A stretch of 64,000 nt of DNA, from positions 4,017-68,016 of the forward strand of contig CAVSWI010000014.1 of NCBI GenBank assembly GCA_963731535.1, given 5' to 3'. This document shows positions 1 to 10,794 of this stretch, piece by piece. Positions within the stretch are counted from its first letter, which is position 1. Every line of letters begins with the position of its first letter. The translations under genes were made by a program, and so were the position numbers. This DNA is from an uncultured Acidobacteriota bacterium. Lineage in GTDB: Bacteria > Acidobacteriota > Terriglobia > Acidiferrales > UBA7541. Under the pieces are notes generated by a model, which worked only from the letters and a program-made list of their open reading frames with translations, had not been told where the DNA came from and did not search any database.

Positions 1-472
1 TGGTGGGATCGAATTGCCCTTCCACCGAAAGGCCCACTTTCTTTTCCTTAAACGCGTCCAGAATGTCCGACTCCGTGATCGATTTGTTCCCCTTGTACTC
101 GATCCTTCGAATAATCGGCCGCTCTTTCAAATAGAAGACCACGATTTTGCCGTCCGGCTGATCCGCACTGTCTTCCACTTCCAGCCGCACATCCTCGAAG
201 AATTGCGTATTCCAAAGCGCTTGGAAATCGCGGCGAACCGCTTCCTCACTGTAAGGATCTCCGGGACGCGAAAATATTCGCGCGCGTAAAGTATCCGACT
301 GAATACGGCGATTCCCAATGAACTCGATGCGTTGAATAACATACTGCCGCCCGGTAGGCGCTTGCACCTGTTGACCCCAAAGAGGATACGCATACGCGAC
401 GATGCACAAGCACACAACCACAGGGATTTGAAACAGGCGCACAAAATTTTTCTTGCTCGCGGCCTCGGTCAA
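1..472 (-). CDS. bamA: Outer membrane protein assembly factor BamA, N-terminal POTRA region (partial, continues past the left edge)
   Basis: Absent from the ORF track because no stop lies in the window. My minus-strand translation gives a signal peptide (RLFQIPVVVCLCIVAYAYPLWGQQ). It continues YVIQRIEFIGNRRIQSDTLRARIFSRPGDPYSEEAVRRDFQALWNTQFFEDVRLEVED...VVFYLKERPIIRRIEYKGNKSITESDILDAFKEKKVGL, the POTRA1/2 pattern of BamA. Start uncertain (TTG 472 or GTG 442). Confidence 0.7.
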   Translation of the reverse strand, partial: MTEAASKKNFVRLFQIPVVVCLCIVAYAYPLWGQQVQAPTGRQYVIQRIEFIGNRRIQSDTLRARIFSRPGDPYSEEAVRRDFQALWNTQFFEDVRLEVEDSADQPDGKIVVFYLKERPIIRRIEYKGNKSITESDILDAFKEKKVGLSVEGQFDPT

Positions 473-546
473 GGCCGCAGATTCCCGCCCAAGATTATGT
501 GCTCCCCCAACCGGAACCGCTCCCGTCCGGCTTGCGCGTAGGATTC

Positions 547-2976
547 TTAGTGGGCCACTGGGGTTGCTTCAACTGCGGGTCGGAACGAAAGTCCCTCTTC
601 ACCGGAAAGAAAAACTTCCAGCGTCGCTGGCCGTTGTAATCCACCCTGAATCAAAGCTTCCGACAATGGGTCTTCGACATACTTCTGTAACGCGCGCCGG
701 AGCGGCCGCGCGCCATAATTTCGATCGCTGCAAGTTTTCTCTAGAATCCACTGGCGCGCTTCCGGAGTCAGTGCAATCTGCACTTGGCGGTGCACCAATG
801 TTTCGTTGATCTGTCCGACCAGCAAATCGATGATCCGCAACAGATCGTCGTCCGTGAGCGAGTTGAACAATATCACTTCATCCAGACGATTGAGGAACTC
901 GGGATTGAAAACCCGCTTCACCTCGCTCATCACCATGTCATCTTGACTCTTCGCCATGGAGTCGAGCTCTTTCGACGCGAAACCGAGGCCGGCCTGTTTT
1001 TGCAGTTGCCGTGCGCCCAGGTTCGAAGTCAGTATGATAATTGTGTTGCGGAAATCTACCGTGTTGCCCAGCCCGTCCGTCAGCTGTCCATCTTCAAAAA
1101 CTTGCAGCAAGATGTTGTACACGTCTGGGTGCGCTTTTTCAATCTCGTCCAGAAGAATTACGGAATAGGGAGTTCGGCGCACGCGCTCGGTCATTTGTCC
1201 GCCTTCCTCGTAGCCCACGTATCCTGGAGGCGCTCCGATCAATTTCGACACAGAATGCTTCTCCATGTATTCCGACATGTCGAAGCGAACCAGAGACTTC
1301 TCGCTACCGAACAAAAATTCCGCCAATCTTCGTGCAACTTCTGTCTTGCCCACGCCAGTCGGTCCCAGGAACAGGAAGCATCCCACCGGACGCCCGGGAG
1401 CCTTCAGCCCGGCGCGGCTTCGTCGAATCGCCCGCGCCAACGCCGTGATCGCCTTGTCCTGGCTGATCACGCGACGGTGCAGCTCTTCTTCGATGCGCAA
1501 CAGTTTCTGTTGTTCATCTTCCTTGATCGCCGAGACCTGAATTCCAGTCCAGCGCGCCACTACCTCTTCGATGTCTTCGCGCGTCACGATCCCGGTGGAC
1601 GAATCGTCAATCTTCAGTTTTTCCCGAAGCATGCGCAGATGCTCTTTCTCCTTGCGCTCTTCTTCGGAATAAAACCGTGCCTTTTCGAATTCGTGATTGG
1701 CGATGGCCGTTTCCATCCGGTGCGTAATGAATTTAACGCGCTTCTGCACCTCGGAAACCTCGTCTGGCAGCATTGCTTGGCGCAGTTTCACTCGCGAACC
1801 GGCCTCGTCCAGCAGGTCGATGGCCTTGTCCGGCAGAAAGCGGTCGGGAATATACCGGTTCGATAGATATACCGCGTATCGAATAGCTTCGTCCGTGTAG
1901 CTCACTGCGTGGAACTTTTCGTAGCGGTCGCGAACGCCTTGCAGCACGCGAATGGCTTCTTCTTCATTCGGCGCCGAAACTTTTACTGACTGAAACCGCC
2001 GCTCGAGCGAACGATCCTTCTCCACCGACTTGCGATACTCCGCCGGAGTCGTGGCGCCGATGCACTGAATTTCGCCGCGGCTCAGCGCCGGCTTCAAAAT
2101 GTTAGCGGCGTCCAGCGAACCTTCTGCTGAGCCTGCGCCCACCAGTGTGTGCAATTCGTCGATGAACACGATCGCGTTCTGGCTTTCCATCAGCTCCTTC
2201 ATGATGGTCTTCAGCCGCTCTTCGAACTGCCCGCGATATTTTGTTCCGGCAACGATCAAGGAAAGGTCGAGCGAAAGAATGCGCTTGTCGGCGAGAAATG
2301 GCGGAACGTCTCCGTCGGAAATTCTTTGCGCCAAGCCTTCGACGATGGCAGTTTTCCCTACGCCTGGTTCGCCAATCAAGACCGGGTTGTTCTTCGTGCG
2401 GCGGCAAAGGATTTGAATGGCGCGTTCGAGTTCTCGGTCACGGCCAACCAACGGATCAAGCTGACCTTCCATCGCCGCTTGCGTCAAGTCGCGGCTGAAC
2501 TCGGCTAGCAGTGAAGCCTCTTTCGGACGGTTGACTGGCACTTTCTCTCCTGCGCTGCGCGTCAACTCCTCCCGCACAGCTGAAAGACGCAATCCACGCT
2601 CCTGCAAAATCTCCGCGCCAAAGGATTTCTCCTCGCGCAGGACTCCTAACAGGAGGTGCTCGGTGCCCACATGCTTGTGGCCCAATCTTTCTGCTTCTTC
2701 CGCCGCGAAGTTCAGGATGCGTTTGCACTCCTGGCTTAGAGGCACTTCCACCGATGTGGAAATTCGTTCGCGCACGGTGATGCGCGCTTCGATTTCTTTT
2801 CGGATCGATTCAATCGAGCCGTGCGAACGCAAAAACCGGTTCGCCAGCGCCTTGTCCTCGCGGAGAAGTCCTAACAGCAAGTGCTCGGTCTCGATGTAGG
2901 GGCTGCCATACTGGCTCGCCTCGTAGCGCGCAAAAAAGATTACGCGCCGAGCTTTTTCTGTATAGCGTTCAAACAC
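547..2976 (-). CDS. clpC: Clp/Hsp100 ATPase ClpC
   Basis: 809-aa ORF. Duplicated Clp_N repeat ([11 protein letters not shown] / [11 protein letters not shown]), two Walker A loops ([16 protein letters not shown]) and a UVR-like linker between the two ATPase domains. Confidence 0.92.
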   Translation of the reverse strand: MFERYTEKARRVIFFARYEASQYGSPYIETEHLLLGLLREDKALANRFLRSHGSIESIRKEIEARITVRERISTSVEVPLSQECKRILNFAAEEAERLGHKHVGTEHLLLGVLREEKSFGAEILQERGLRLSAVREELTRSAGEKVPVNRPKEASLLAEFSRDLTQAAMEGQLDPLVGRDRELERAIQILCRRTKNNPVLIGEPGVGKTAIVEGLAQRISDGDVPPFLADKRILSLDLSLIVAGTKYRGQFEERLKTIMKELMESQNAIVFIDELHTLVGAGSAEGSLDAANILKPALSRGEIQCIGATTPAEYRKSVEKDRSLERRFQSVKVSAPNEEEAIRVLQGVRDRYEKFHAVSYTDEAIRYAVYLSNRYIPDRFLPDKAIDLLDEAGSRVKLRQAMLPDEVSEVQKRVKFITHRMETAIANHEFEKARFYSEEERKEKEHLRMLREKLKIDDSSTGIVTREDIEEVVARWTGIQVSAIKEDEQQKLLRIEEELHRRVISQDKAITALARAIRRSRAGLKAPGRPVGCFLFLGPTGVGKTEVARRLAEFLFGSEKSLVRFDMSEYMEKHSVSKLIGAPPGYVGYEEGGQMTERVRRTPYSVILLDEIEKAHPDVYNILLQVFEDGQLTDGLGNTVDFRNTIIILTSNLGARQLQKQAGLGFASKELDSMAKSQDDMVMSEVKRVFNPEFLNRLDEVILFNSLTDDDLLRIIDLLVGQINETLVHRQVQIALTPEARQWILEKTCSDRNYGARPLRRALQKYVEDPLSEALIQGGLQRPATLEVFLSGEEGLSFRPAVEATPVAH

Positions 2977-3808
2977 GAGTCACCTGCACTCTCCCAAGGT
3001 CGTGGTCGGGGCCTGTTGAAACTGCTCCTGCTCCTGCGGAATCTGCGTGCACGTTGGTGGCCGCCGCCAGCTTGCCTCGTTCCAACAGCACAACGCGGCC
3101 GGTTCGCCTTGCCAGCGATAAGTTGTGAGTGGCCAATACCGAGGTTAGATGGTGAGAAGTATGAAGACGCTGCATTAGCTCAAAAACATTTTCGGCGCTG
3201 CGTTCGTCCAAATCCCCGGTAGGTTCATCCGCGAGTAGCAATGCGGGGCCATTCACCAGCGCGCGCGCAATCGCCACGCGCTGCTGCTCGCCTCCGGAAA
3301 GTTCACCGGCACGCTGTTCGGTTCGACTGGCCAACCCCACCTCTGCGAGCCATCCGCCGGCCGTTTGGAGCGCCGGCCCCAACGCCACGCCCCGAACCAG
3401 CAAAGGCATCGCTACATTTTCCGCAGCCGTAAAATCCGGCAGCAGGTGATGACGCTGCCAGACTAGCCCAACGGCGCGATTGCGATACTCCGCCAGCTCC
3501 GCCTCGGAAAAAGACCGGAGCGAATTCCCGCCGAAGTATACTGTACCGCTCGTCGGAGTGTCCAGCGCAGCGAGGATGTGCAGCAAAGTACTTTTGCCCG
3601 TTCCTGACGGACCCACAATCGAAACCATCTCTCCACGCTGAATCGAAAAATCCAACCCGTCGATTGGAACTATTTCTTGCGCACCAGAGCGGAATGATTT
3701 CCGCAGATCGTCGCAGCGCAGAAGTGTCTCGCAGGCAGCCAGGCCATTAGGGGCCCGTTCTTGACCGACCGCGGCACGCGAATTCAACTGCGTCTGCATA
3801 TCTGGCAA
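2969..3808 (-). CDS. lolD: ABC transporter ATP-binding protein, LolD/MacB type
   Basis: Walker A GPSGTGKS, ABC signature LSGGEQQR, Walker B LLLADEPTG. Downstream of a LolC/E-type permease gene. Overlaps the clpC start by 8 nt. Confidence 0.8.
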   Translation of the reverse strand: MPDMQTQLNSRAAVGQERAPNGLAACETLLRCDDLRKSFRSGAQEIVPIDGLDFSIQRGEMVSIVGPSGTGKSTLLHILAALDTPTSGTVYFGGNSLRSFSEAELAEYRNRAVGLVWQRHHLLPDFTAAENVAMPLLVRGVALGPALQTAGGWLAEVGLASRTEQRAGELSGGEQQRVAIARALVNGPALLLADEPTGDLDERSAENVFELMQRLHTSHHLTSVLATHNLSLARRTGRVVLLERGKLAAATNVHADSAGAGAVSTGPDHDLGRVQVTRV

Positions 3809-4040
3809 TAACCTATCTCAATTAGGATGCCGAACCCGAAGTTCTGTATGTCCTTACTTTACAGCCTGCTAGCCAGCTGCCGCCCGGCAACGGATAGCTT
3901 TGATTCTAATGAATTTCACTTTTTGCCCGTACTGTTACCACGTCCACACTTTCGTCCCTTATTGGGCTTTGTTTATCTCTGCCGACACTTCGCCTCTTTT
4001 TCGATTCTAACACGTCTGGAAAGGAACAAGTTTCTGGGAA

Positions 4041-5267
4041 TTATTCGAAGCGGAGAATTTGCACAGGCAGGATTTTCGCAGCGGCACGGGCAGGAACAAT
4101 TGTTGCCGCAATGCTGATGGCGAACGCCGCGGCGGCAATCCACACCGAGTCCAGTGCATTCGCGTGAAACGGGACGTATGAAATCGCATAGACTTCCGGA
4201 TTTAGTGGGATTAATCGCCAGGTATCGGCGACCCACGCCAAGGCGTAACCGAGCAACAGTCCCGCCGCCGTGCCGGTAATGCTCACAACGATCCCTTGCA
4301 CCATGAAAATCTTACGGATCTGCGCGCTTCGCGCTCCCATCGCCATTAGCACAGCGATATCCCGCGCGCGCTCCGTCACCGTCATCGTGAGTACCACAAG
4401 AATATTCAAGCCCGCCACAAAAGTGATCAGCCCGATGAACAGCGCGGTGACTAGTTTTTCCAGGCTCAGCGCGCGGAACAGGGCACGGTTCTCGTCCATC
4501 CATGTGCTAGTAGTGAATCCATCTCCGGCGCGGCGCAAAAGCGTGTCGGCAATAGCGGGTGCCTCATCCATATTCGTTACGCGCACTTCGAGCAGGCTCA
4601 CCACATCGCCGATTCCAGCAAGCCCCTGCGCTGATTGCAAGTTTACGAATCCCCAGTTCGCATCGTAATCGTAGAAGCCGGAGTCGAATATTCCTGCGAT
4701 GCGAAACCGTCTTGAACGCGGAAGCATTCCAAATGGAGTCAAATTTCCCTGCGGGCTGGTCAACGTCACATACTCCCCGGCGGAAAGCCTCATGTCATCC
4801 GCGAGCATGCGTCCCACTAAAAGCGCCGGGATTCCGTCCGCATCGGGGGCGAAGTCAGGCGACCCGGCCACGATATGGTGCAGCGCTTCGCTCGCGCGCC
4901 GCTCCAGTTCTGGGTCCACGCCTTTCAGCACAATGCCACGTGCGTGCGGACCGGAAGACAGCAGAACCGTATCGTAAATGGCCGGCTCGATAGAACGCAC
5001 ACCGGGCGTTCCGGCTAGGTGCTCTATCAATTGTCGGTAATTGCGAATACCTTCCGAGCCGATAGGCTTCAGGTTCACATGCGCGGTAACGCTCAACAGT
5101 CTGTCGCGGATTGCCTGGCGGAAACCCGTGTTCATGGAAAGAGCGATGACCAGCGTGGTGACACCAGCCGCTACCCCCAGCACTGCCAGCAGCGTCACGA
5201 TTCGCAGCACCGCAGGCCGGTTCGGCGAGCGCAAATACCGTAGCGCCACCAGCCATTCAAAAGTCAT
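4041..5267 (-). CDS. LolC/LolE-family (FtsX/MacB-type) permease
   Basis: 408-aa ORF. N-terminal TM, large periplasmic loop and three C-terminal TM helices. The start MTFEWLVALRYLRS is typical of LolC/E. 4-nt overlap with the lysS stop. Confidence 0.8.
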   Translation of the reverse strand: MTFEWLVALRYLRSPNRPAVLRIVTLLAVLGVAAGVTTLVIALSMNTGFRQAIRDRLLSVTAHVNLKPIGSEGIRNYRQLIEHLAGTPGVRSIEPAIYDTVLLSSGPHARGIVLKGVDPELERRASEALHHIVAGSPDFAPDADGIPALLVGRMLADDMRLSAGEYVTLTSPQGNLTPFGMLPRSRRFRIAGIFDSGFYDYDANWGFVNLQSAQGLAGIGDVVSLLEVRVTNMDEAPAIADTLLRRAGDGFTTSTWMDENRALFRALSLEKLVTALFIGLITFVAGLNILVVLTMTVTERARDIAVLMAMGARSAQIRKIFMVQGIVVSITGTAAGLLLGYALAWVADTWRLIPLNPEVYAISYVPFHANALDSVWIAAAAFAISIAATIVPARAAAKILPVQILRFE

Positions 5268-6835
5268 TTCGCATCACCGCTGTTCTCCGCGGCCGGCGGC
5301 TCTTCCGCTTCGCTACCTTGGTTGCGCAACAGCGGGAACAAAACCACTTCGCGAATCGTGTGGGAATCCGTCAGCAGCATCACCAGACGATCGACTCCCA
5401 CGCCTTCGCCCGCGGTTGGCGGCATTCCATGCGAAAGCGCGCGAATGTAGTCAGTATCCACTTCCTTCGGTAACTCCAGACCTCCCTTCTCCACCTGCTG
5501 GCGAAAACGTTTCTCCTGCTCGAAGGGATCGTTCAACTCCGAAAAGCCATTCGCCAGCTCCATTCCCGCGACGAAAAGTTCGAACCGCTCCGTCAGCGAA
5601 GGATCGTCTGCCTTTTGTCTCGAAAGTGGCGAGATGGCCGTAGGAAAATCGTAAATGAATGTCGGTTGCATCAGGTGTGGCTGGGCAACCGCCTCAAAAA
5701 GCTCTCCGATTAACTCTCCCTCAGACAGCTCTTGCACCTTAGCAATTGGCGGCCAGCCGTTCGAATTCGCAAATGTGTTGTACCGTTCCGCAAGAGCGCG
5801 CGGCCCGCCCGCTGCCGTCAGATCCTCCGGCGACGGAGCCGGCGCAACACCGCTCGGCCAATACTTCCGAATCGCTTCCTGCATTGTTAGACGCTCAAAG
5901 CGCCCAAAATCGATCTCGTTTTCTCCATACTTAAACTTCGTGTTCCCGCAAATTTTCACGGCCAGCCCGCGAAACAGTTCCTCCGTAAGATCCATCAGCT
6001 CCCCATAATCGCTGTAAGCTTGGTAAAACTCGAGCATCGTGAATTCGCGCTCGTGGATTGCATCCACACCCTCATTCCGAAAGTTCCGATTGATCTCAAA
6101 CACGCGATCCAGCCCGCCCACCACCAGCCGCTTCAAATAAAGCTCCGGCGCAATGCGAAGATACAAATCCATCTTGAACGTGTTGTGATGAGTCACAAAA
6201 GGCCGGGCCGTCGCACCTCCCAGAATCGGATGCATCATCGGCGTCTCCACTTCCAGATAGCCTCGCGCCTCGAAGAACTGCCGTATTTCGCGGATAATTT
6301 GTGCGCGCCGCAGGAAAGTCTCGCGCGTGCGTTCGTTCACAATCAAATCCACATAACGCCGCCGAAAACGCTGCTCCATATCCGCAAGCCCATGCCATTT
6401 TTCAGGCAGAGGCAATAATGCCTTGCTCAACAACTCGATCTTCTCGACCCACACTGTCAATTCATTTGTTTTCGTACGGAAAAGGTGCCCCGACACTCCA
6501 ATAATGTCGCCAAGGTCCAGAAGCTGAAAAAGTTTGTAAGGCTCTTCGCCCACCGCATCCAATCGCACGTAAATCTGCAGCCGTGCCCCATCGCCCACAA
6601 TGTGCGCAAACGTGGCCTTCCCGTGCGGACGCAGCGCGATGATTCTTCCCGCCACCCGCACATTCACAGGCTCGGCCTTTAACTCCTCCGCCGTGCGATT
6701 CGCAAACTGTTCGCCAATCTGCCGCGACGTGTGCGACCACGCAAAGTTCCGCGGATACGCTGTATGTCCCAGCGCTTCGATATCGCTCAACTTTTTGCGG
6801 CGTTGCTGAAACTGATCGAGTGGCTCAAATTCCAA
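5264..6835 (-). CDS. lysS: Lysine--tRNA ligase (class II)
   Basis: 523-aa ORF. OB-fold N-domain followed by the class II core with FEINRNFRNEGVD...HEREFTMLEFYQAY and C-terminal GVGVDRLVMLLT. Confidence 0.93.
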   Translation of the reverse strand: MEFEPLDQFQQRRKKLSDIEALGHTAYPRNFAWSHTSRQIGEQFANRTAEELKAEPVNVRVAGRIIALRPHGKATFAHIVGDGARLQIYVRLDAVGEEPYKLFQLLDLGDIIGVSGHLFRTKTNELTVWVEKIELLSKALLPLPEKWHGLADMEQRFRRRYVDLIVNERTRETFLRRAQIIREIRQFFEARGYLEVETPMMHPILGGATARPFVTHHNTFKMDLYLRIAPELYLKRLVVGGLDRVFEINRNFRNEGVDAIHEREFTMLEFYQAYSDYGELMDLTEELFRGLAVKICGNTKFKYGENEIDFGRFERLTMQEAIRKYWPSGVAPAPSPEDLTAAGGPRALAERYNTFANSNGWPPIAKVQELSEGELIGELFEAVAQPHLMQPTFIYDFPTAISPLSRQKADDPSLTERFELFVAGMELANGFSELNDPFEQEKRFRQQVEKGGLELPKEVDTDYIRALSHGMPPTAGEGVGVDRLVMLLTDSHTIREVVLFPLLRNQGSEAEEPPAAENSGDAK

Positions 6836-7119
6836 TGGATCGCAATCCTTTCGGCGAGCGGGCTTGCCGGGAACTTCGGGTTTTTTGATGGGTCGGGCGC
6901 AGTATATCGATTGCCTTCCACGAGCGTCAAGAAAACGCCTCCGGGCGAAACCGGTGGTATAATCCGCCCCGCTACTTGGGAGGGCGCGTGCTGGGAAGAG
7001 GGAGGCGGACGCCTGCCGCTGCGCGTCATAGTGTTAGCGAAGACTGGATAGCCGCGCTGCCGCGCGAGAAGGCCCACGTGTATGAAACCACCGTGCGACA
7101 CTGGGAATCATCCTTCGCC

Positions 7120-7704
7120 ATGATGAGCGTGACGCTGGACGGAGCGCTATCCCTGCGCGCCCGTGGCGAACTGGTCTGCGCGCGCCAGCAAGCTTTCGTG
7201 TCAGCCGATCTTCTCGTGCGTGTGGCTGACGCTCTCGTCACTTCTTGCGACGCTCTTTCCGCTCGCGGTCGCCACTTGGCTAATCTTCCTTTGGTCGAGC
7301 CGCTCAAAACTGAATTCTTCCGCGGCGAAACGGCTCAGAACGCCGCTCATTGGAACGCACTTCTCCACCACGTACTTTTTGCCAATCGCTCGCGCTTCTT
7401 CCAGAAGCTGCGCATCCTTACCGATACGGTCGAGCATGTCGTGCGCGAGTTCGATGAAACCGCCGAAGACCTGGGCCAGGGCCTTTCCATCCAACCAGCC
7501 GATAGCTGGAAGAGCCTCGACTGTCTGCACTATGACTTCAATACCTGTCTCTGCGAATCCGAAATCATACTGAAATCCTTTCTCCGCGCGCTTCCGGCCG
7601 AGCAGCTCGCAACCTTTGCCGCCGAGCTGGGTTCTGTCCCAGTGACCAAAGGGATACGGCAGAGGTTGAAGGCGCGCTCTCGCATCATCCGTGCTTCGGC
7701 TTAG
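7120..7704 (+). CDS. Hypothetical protein
   Basis: Part of ORF 6976-7704. The first ATG after an Arg/Gly-rich, non-protein-like stretch is at 7120 (MMSVTLDG...). No recognisable motif. An antisense ORF (7201-7761) looks less protein-like. Confidence 0.35.
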   Translation: MMSVTLDGALSLRARGELVCARQQAFVSADLLVRVADALVTSCDALSARGRHLANLPLVEPLKTEFFRGETAQNAAHWNALLHHVLFANRSRFFQKLRILTDTVEHVVREFDETAEDLGQGLSIQPADSWKSLDCLHYDFNTCLCESEIILKSFLRALPAEQLATFAAELGSVPVTKGIRQRLKARSRIIRASA

Positions 7705-7955
7705 AGGTGCTTTCGCTTTTTCATTTCCTTTCTGAGCGTTCCCGCAGCACCTATAGCTCATGCCCCGGATGGATTCCGCGCTCGTCTAAACATGAACAAC
7801 ACTAGACGCTGGAAGGAATTCCGACGAAAATACCCAAGTATCATAGGCTCGCTACACCATTACTGGGATGGCAGCCTCCTCTGACTGCCGTAAATTGTCA
7901 GCGACGGGAATTTATTGTGCGTTAAAGAACCACAAGTACAACTTCTAAGGCGACC

Positions 7956-7980
7956 GACGCATCGCAGCTAGGGATGCGTC
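7956..7980 (+). other. 8-bp hairpin (GACGCATC-N9-GATGCGTC) 12 nt upstream of the ECF sigma start codon
   Basis: Perfect inverted repeat read directly from the sequence. Its position in the 5' leader of the sigma gene suggests a translational or attenuation role, which is unproven. Confidence 0.3.
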
Positions 7981-7992
7981 CCGACGGGTAGC

Positions 7993-8637
7993 GTGGCCCG
8001 AACGAGACGAACTGATACGGACGAGTTGCCGGAGGCGGAGGCTATCCGGCTGGCCCAGCAGGGCAATGCGCCGGCATTCGAGCGTTTATACCGACTGCAT
8101 AACCGCCGTGTGTATTCGCTGTGTCTTCGGATGGTAGGAAATACGGCCGAGGCGGAGGATTTAACTCAGGAAGCCTTCCTCCAGCTCTTCCGGAAAATCG
8201 CTACTTTCCGCGGCGAATCGGCTTTTTCCACATGGCTACATCGGCTGGCTGTCAATGTCGTGCTGATGAAGTTGCGTAAGAAGTCCGGAACGGAAACTTC
8301 GCTCGACGAAATAACCGAGCCGGACGAAGAATCCGGCGGCCCTCGTAGAGATTTCGGCACTCCGGACTTGCGGCTCAGCGGCTCCATTGATCGCGTGAAC
8401 CTGCAGCGCGCCGTGGAGCAATTGCCTCCGGGATATAAGGCGGTCTTCGTGCTTCACGATGTTCAGGGTTACGAACACAACGAGATTGCTGAAATCATGC
8501 AATGTTCCATCGGTAATTCTAAATCACAGTTGCACAAAGCGCGTATGCGGCTCCGCGAGCTCCTTCACGAAGCCATGCGCGACAAGGCCCGCGAAGATCG
8601 GAAGGCTGCCAGCGCCGAGTCCGGCAGCGAGGATTAA
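7993..8637 (+). CDS. ECF-type RNA polymerase sigma-70 family factor (module A)
   Basis: Region 2 ([29 protein letters not shown]...[13 protein letters not shown]) and region 4 ([42 protein letters not shown]). Confidence 0.9.
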   Translation: MARTRRTDTDELPEAEAIRLAQQGNAPAFERLYRLHNRRVYSLCLRMVGNTAEAEDLTQEAFLQLFRKIATFRGESAFSTWLHRLAVNVVLMKLRKKSGTETSLDEITEPDEESGGPRRDFGTPDLRLSGSIDRVNLQRAVEQLPPGYKAVFVLHDVQGYEHNEIAEIMQCSIGNSKSQLHKARMRLRELLHEAMRDKAREDRKAASAESGSED

Positions 8638-8642
8638 AAGAA

Positions 8643-9305
8643 ATGGCCACGATCACTTGTAAAGACTTCATGGACCGCCTCGATTCTTGGATGGGCGGCA
8701 ACCCTCCGTCCGACGCCGAAGCTCATCTTCGCAACTGTCCCAATTGCCGCAGTCTTATTGAAGATCTGAAGGCCATTTGCACAGAAGCGGCAAGCTGGCG
8801 CGCGGAAGACGTTGAGGTTCCGCCGCAGATTTGGGCTTCTCTGCGATCTCAACTTGAACAGGAAGGCCTGATTCACGAAAATCGTCCCGTTGACGCCGCC
8901 AAAACCTCTTGGTTCGGGGGTTGGCTCGCCGCGCTGCCGCGCCCGGCCCTCGCTGGCGCTTACTTAACCTTACTCATCGCGGGAGCCTTTGCCCTGAGCC
9001 GTCCAATAAATAAACAGACCAACGAAGCACGCTGGCTGGCAGCCTCGGAGGATTCCACCCTCCCCTTGCGTGCCCAGCTAACCGCTGAACAAGATTCTTT
9101 CGCTTCTTTCAATAACGCGAACCCGGCAGTCACCGCCTCGCTCAACGAGAACTTAGCAATTGTTGACAACTACATCGCTTTATGTGAAAAAAGTGTGCAA
9201 GAAGAACCCCAGAATGAAGTGGCGCGGGATTATCTCTACGAAGCCTATCAGCAGAAGGCGGATCTGCTAGCGCAGATGACAGAACGCGGAGAAAACAACC
9301 GATGA
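8643..9305 (+). CDS. Anti-sigma factor, zf-HC2 type, single-pass membrane protein
   Basis: N-terminal C...H-x3-C-x2-C motif (CKDFMDRL...HLRNCPNCRSL) and a central TM (LAGAYLTLLIAGAFAL). Immediately follows the sigma gene. Confidence 0.75.
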   Translation: MATITCKDFMDRLDSWMGGNPPSDAEAHLRNCPNCRSLIEDLKAICTEAASWRAEDVEVPPQIWASLRSQLEQEGLIHENRPVDAAKTSWFGGWLAALPRPALAGAYLTLLIAGAFALSRPINKQTNEARWLAASEDSTLPLRAQLTAEQDSFASFNNANPAVTASLNENLAIVDNYIALCEKSVQEEPQNEVARDYLYEAYQQKADLLAQMTERGENNR

Positions 9306-10201
9306 GCACCACTCACTTCGTTCGCAAGCAGTTTACTTGGACCGCAAGCTGGAAGCCGATCGCGGTAATCGTGCCGAGCCTCTTGGTCTGCAGCATTCTC
9401 TCCGCCGACCCGCAACCGCCTCGCCGCCAGGAACAACATTTCAAAGTTGAAGCCCATCCCGTCGTAACCATTCACAATCCCAATGGCTTGATCACCGTGA
9501 AAGCCTGGACCAAGGCTGAAGTGATGGTGATCTCAAATCGCGCGAGCGACAACGTGGAAGTTGACGCCGAACAAATGGGCAATCGCGTGGACGTTTCCAC
9601 CCACGCCGCTTCTGACAATGTCGCGCCCGAGGATATGCGCGCCGATTATCAGATTAACGTTCCGGAAGACGCCGAGCTCCAGATTCACAACGATTCCGGA
9701 GAAGTGAACGTCGCCAACGTCCTGGGCGACATGAACGTTGAGACCGTCGCCGCAGCCGTAGATCTGGAAGATTCCGCCGGCTATGTAACCATCAAGACCG
9801 TGGGCGGCTCTTTCCAGTGCACTCGTTGCGCCGGAAAACTCGAAATTTCTTCTATCAGCGGAAATCTTCGCCTCACCGACATTCACAGCTATCACGTGCA
9901 CGCGCAAACTTCCACCGGCAACATTCTTTTTTCCGGTGAATTCCTTCCCAACGGTATTTATCGCCTGAAGAATTACAGCGGCGTAATTGAAGTCCGCTTT
10001 TCACCCGCGGATTCTTTCGACTTGAGCGCCACTTCGCTGAAGGGAAAAGTAATCAACGAAGCCAGCCTGACGCCCAAGAGCCATCAGCAACATTTCTACA
10101 GCCGGTTCGGCAACAGCTTGTTCGGCACCTTCAATGCCGGCCGCGCTAAAGTTGAACTGACCTCCTTCGATGGTACAATCAATATCCTTAAACGTGATTG
10201 A
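9302..10201 (+). CDS. DUF4097-like beta-helical repeat protein ('putative adhesin' family)
   Basis: Signal/TM segment followed by repeated ~20-aa units ending in SG.(I/V).(V/L) (SGEVNVANV, SGNLRLTDI, TGNILFSG, SGVIEVRF). ATGA overlap with the anti-sigma stop. Confidence 0.7.
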   Translation: MSTTHFVRKQFTWTASWKPIAVIVPSLLVCSILSADPQPPRRQEQHFKVEAHPVVTIHNPNGLITVKAWTKAEVMVISNRASDNVEVDAEQMGNRVDVSTHAASDNVAPEDMRADYQINVPEDAELQIHNDSGEVNVANVLGDMNVETVAAAVDLEDSAGYVTIKTVGGSFQCTRCAGKLEISSISGNLRLTDIHSYHVHAQTSTGNILFSGEFLPNGIYRLKNYSGVIEVRFSPADSFDLSATSLKGKVINEASLTPKSHQQHFYSRFGNSLFGTFNAGRAKVELTSFDGTINILKRD

Positions 10202-10248
10202 TTGCGCCATTCCGCAATTTCTTAAATCCATTACCGGTATCCAGCATC

Positions 10249-10794
10249 ATGATCGCTGAAATACGCGTGCGCAGACTCGTTTGCCTAACCGGATTCATGG
10301 GCAGCGGCAAATCCACCGTCGCGCGTCTGCTCGCGCGTCAGGTTGGCTGGCAGCACGTGGACCTCGATCAGCGCATCATCGAACATACCGGACAATCCAT
10401 TCCTAATATTTTTGCCAAGCTTGGCGAACCCGAATTTCGGCGCATTGAATACGAACAACTCGCGCGCGTTCTCGGCGAGTCCGCCGAACAGCAAAAACCT
10501 CGCATCGTTTCCTTGGGTGGCGGAACCACTGCGCAGCCGCAGAACGTCGCTCTTTTGCGTAGAGCCGACATCGCGCTTATCTGGCTACACTGTCCGGTTG
10601 CGGATCTTTTAAAACGCGCCGCCCGCATCACCGACCGTCCGCTCTTTCGCGATGAAGCCAGTTTCCGCAAGCTTTACGACGAACGCCTGCCCTCTTACGA
10701 ACTCGCCGATTTTAAAGTCGAAGCCAACACCGAGCCCTTGCGCGTGGTCGAACAGATTCTTGGGCTGGGAATCTTTCCCAAGGTGACTGCATGA
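10249..10794 (+). CDS. aroK: Shikimate kinase
   Basis: P-loop LTGFMGSGKSTVARLLA followed by DLDQRIIEHTGQSIPNIFAKLGEPEFRRIE. The ORF opens at 10198, but ATG 10249 gives the usual spacing before the P-loop. Confidence 0.85.
   Translation: MIAEIRVRRLVCLTGFMGSGKSTVARLLARQVGWQHVDLDQRIIEHTGQSIPNIFAKLGEPEFRRIEYEQLARVLGESAEQQKPRIVSLGGGTTAQPQNVALLRRADIALIWLHCPVADLLKRAARITDRPLFRDEASFRKLYDERLPSYELADFKVEANTEPLRVVEQILGLGIFPKVTA

Noticed and set aside
784-1866. 360-aa plus-strand ORF inside clpC. The same pattern is seen at 17954-18736 (antisense to recG), 54592-55707 (antisense to the MFS gene), 25563-26294, 36301-36945 / 36341-37129, 39750-40490 and 56599-57324.
   Set aside because: They lie antisense or out of frame to genes with unmistakable motifs. 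Their products are Arg/Ala/Gly/Pro-rich with no motifs. This is the typical long spurious ORF of high-GC DNA.
7201-7761. 186-aa minus-strand ORF overlapping the hypothetical gene 7120-7704.
   Set aside because: It overlaps the plus-strand ORF almost completely. The plus-strand product looks more protein-like, but neither is certain.
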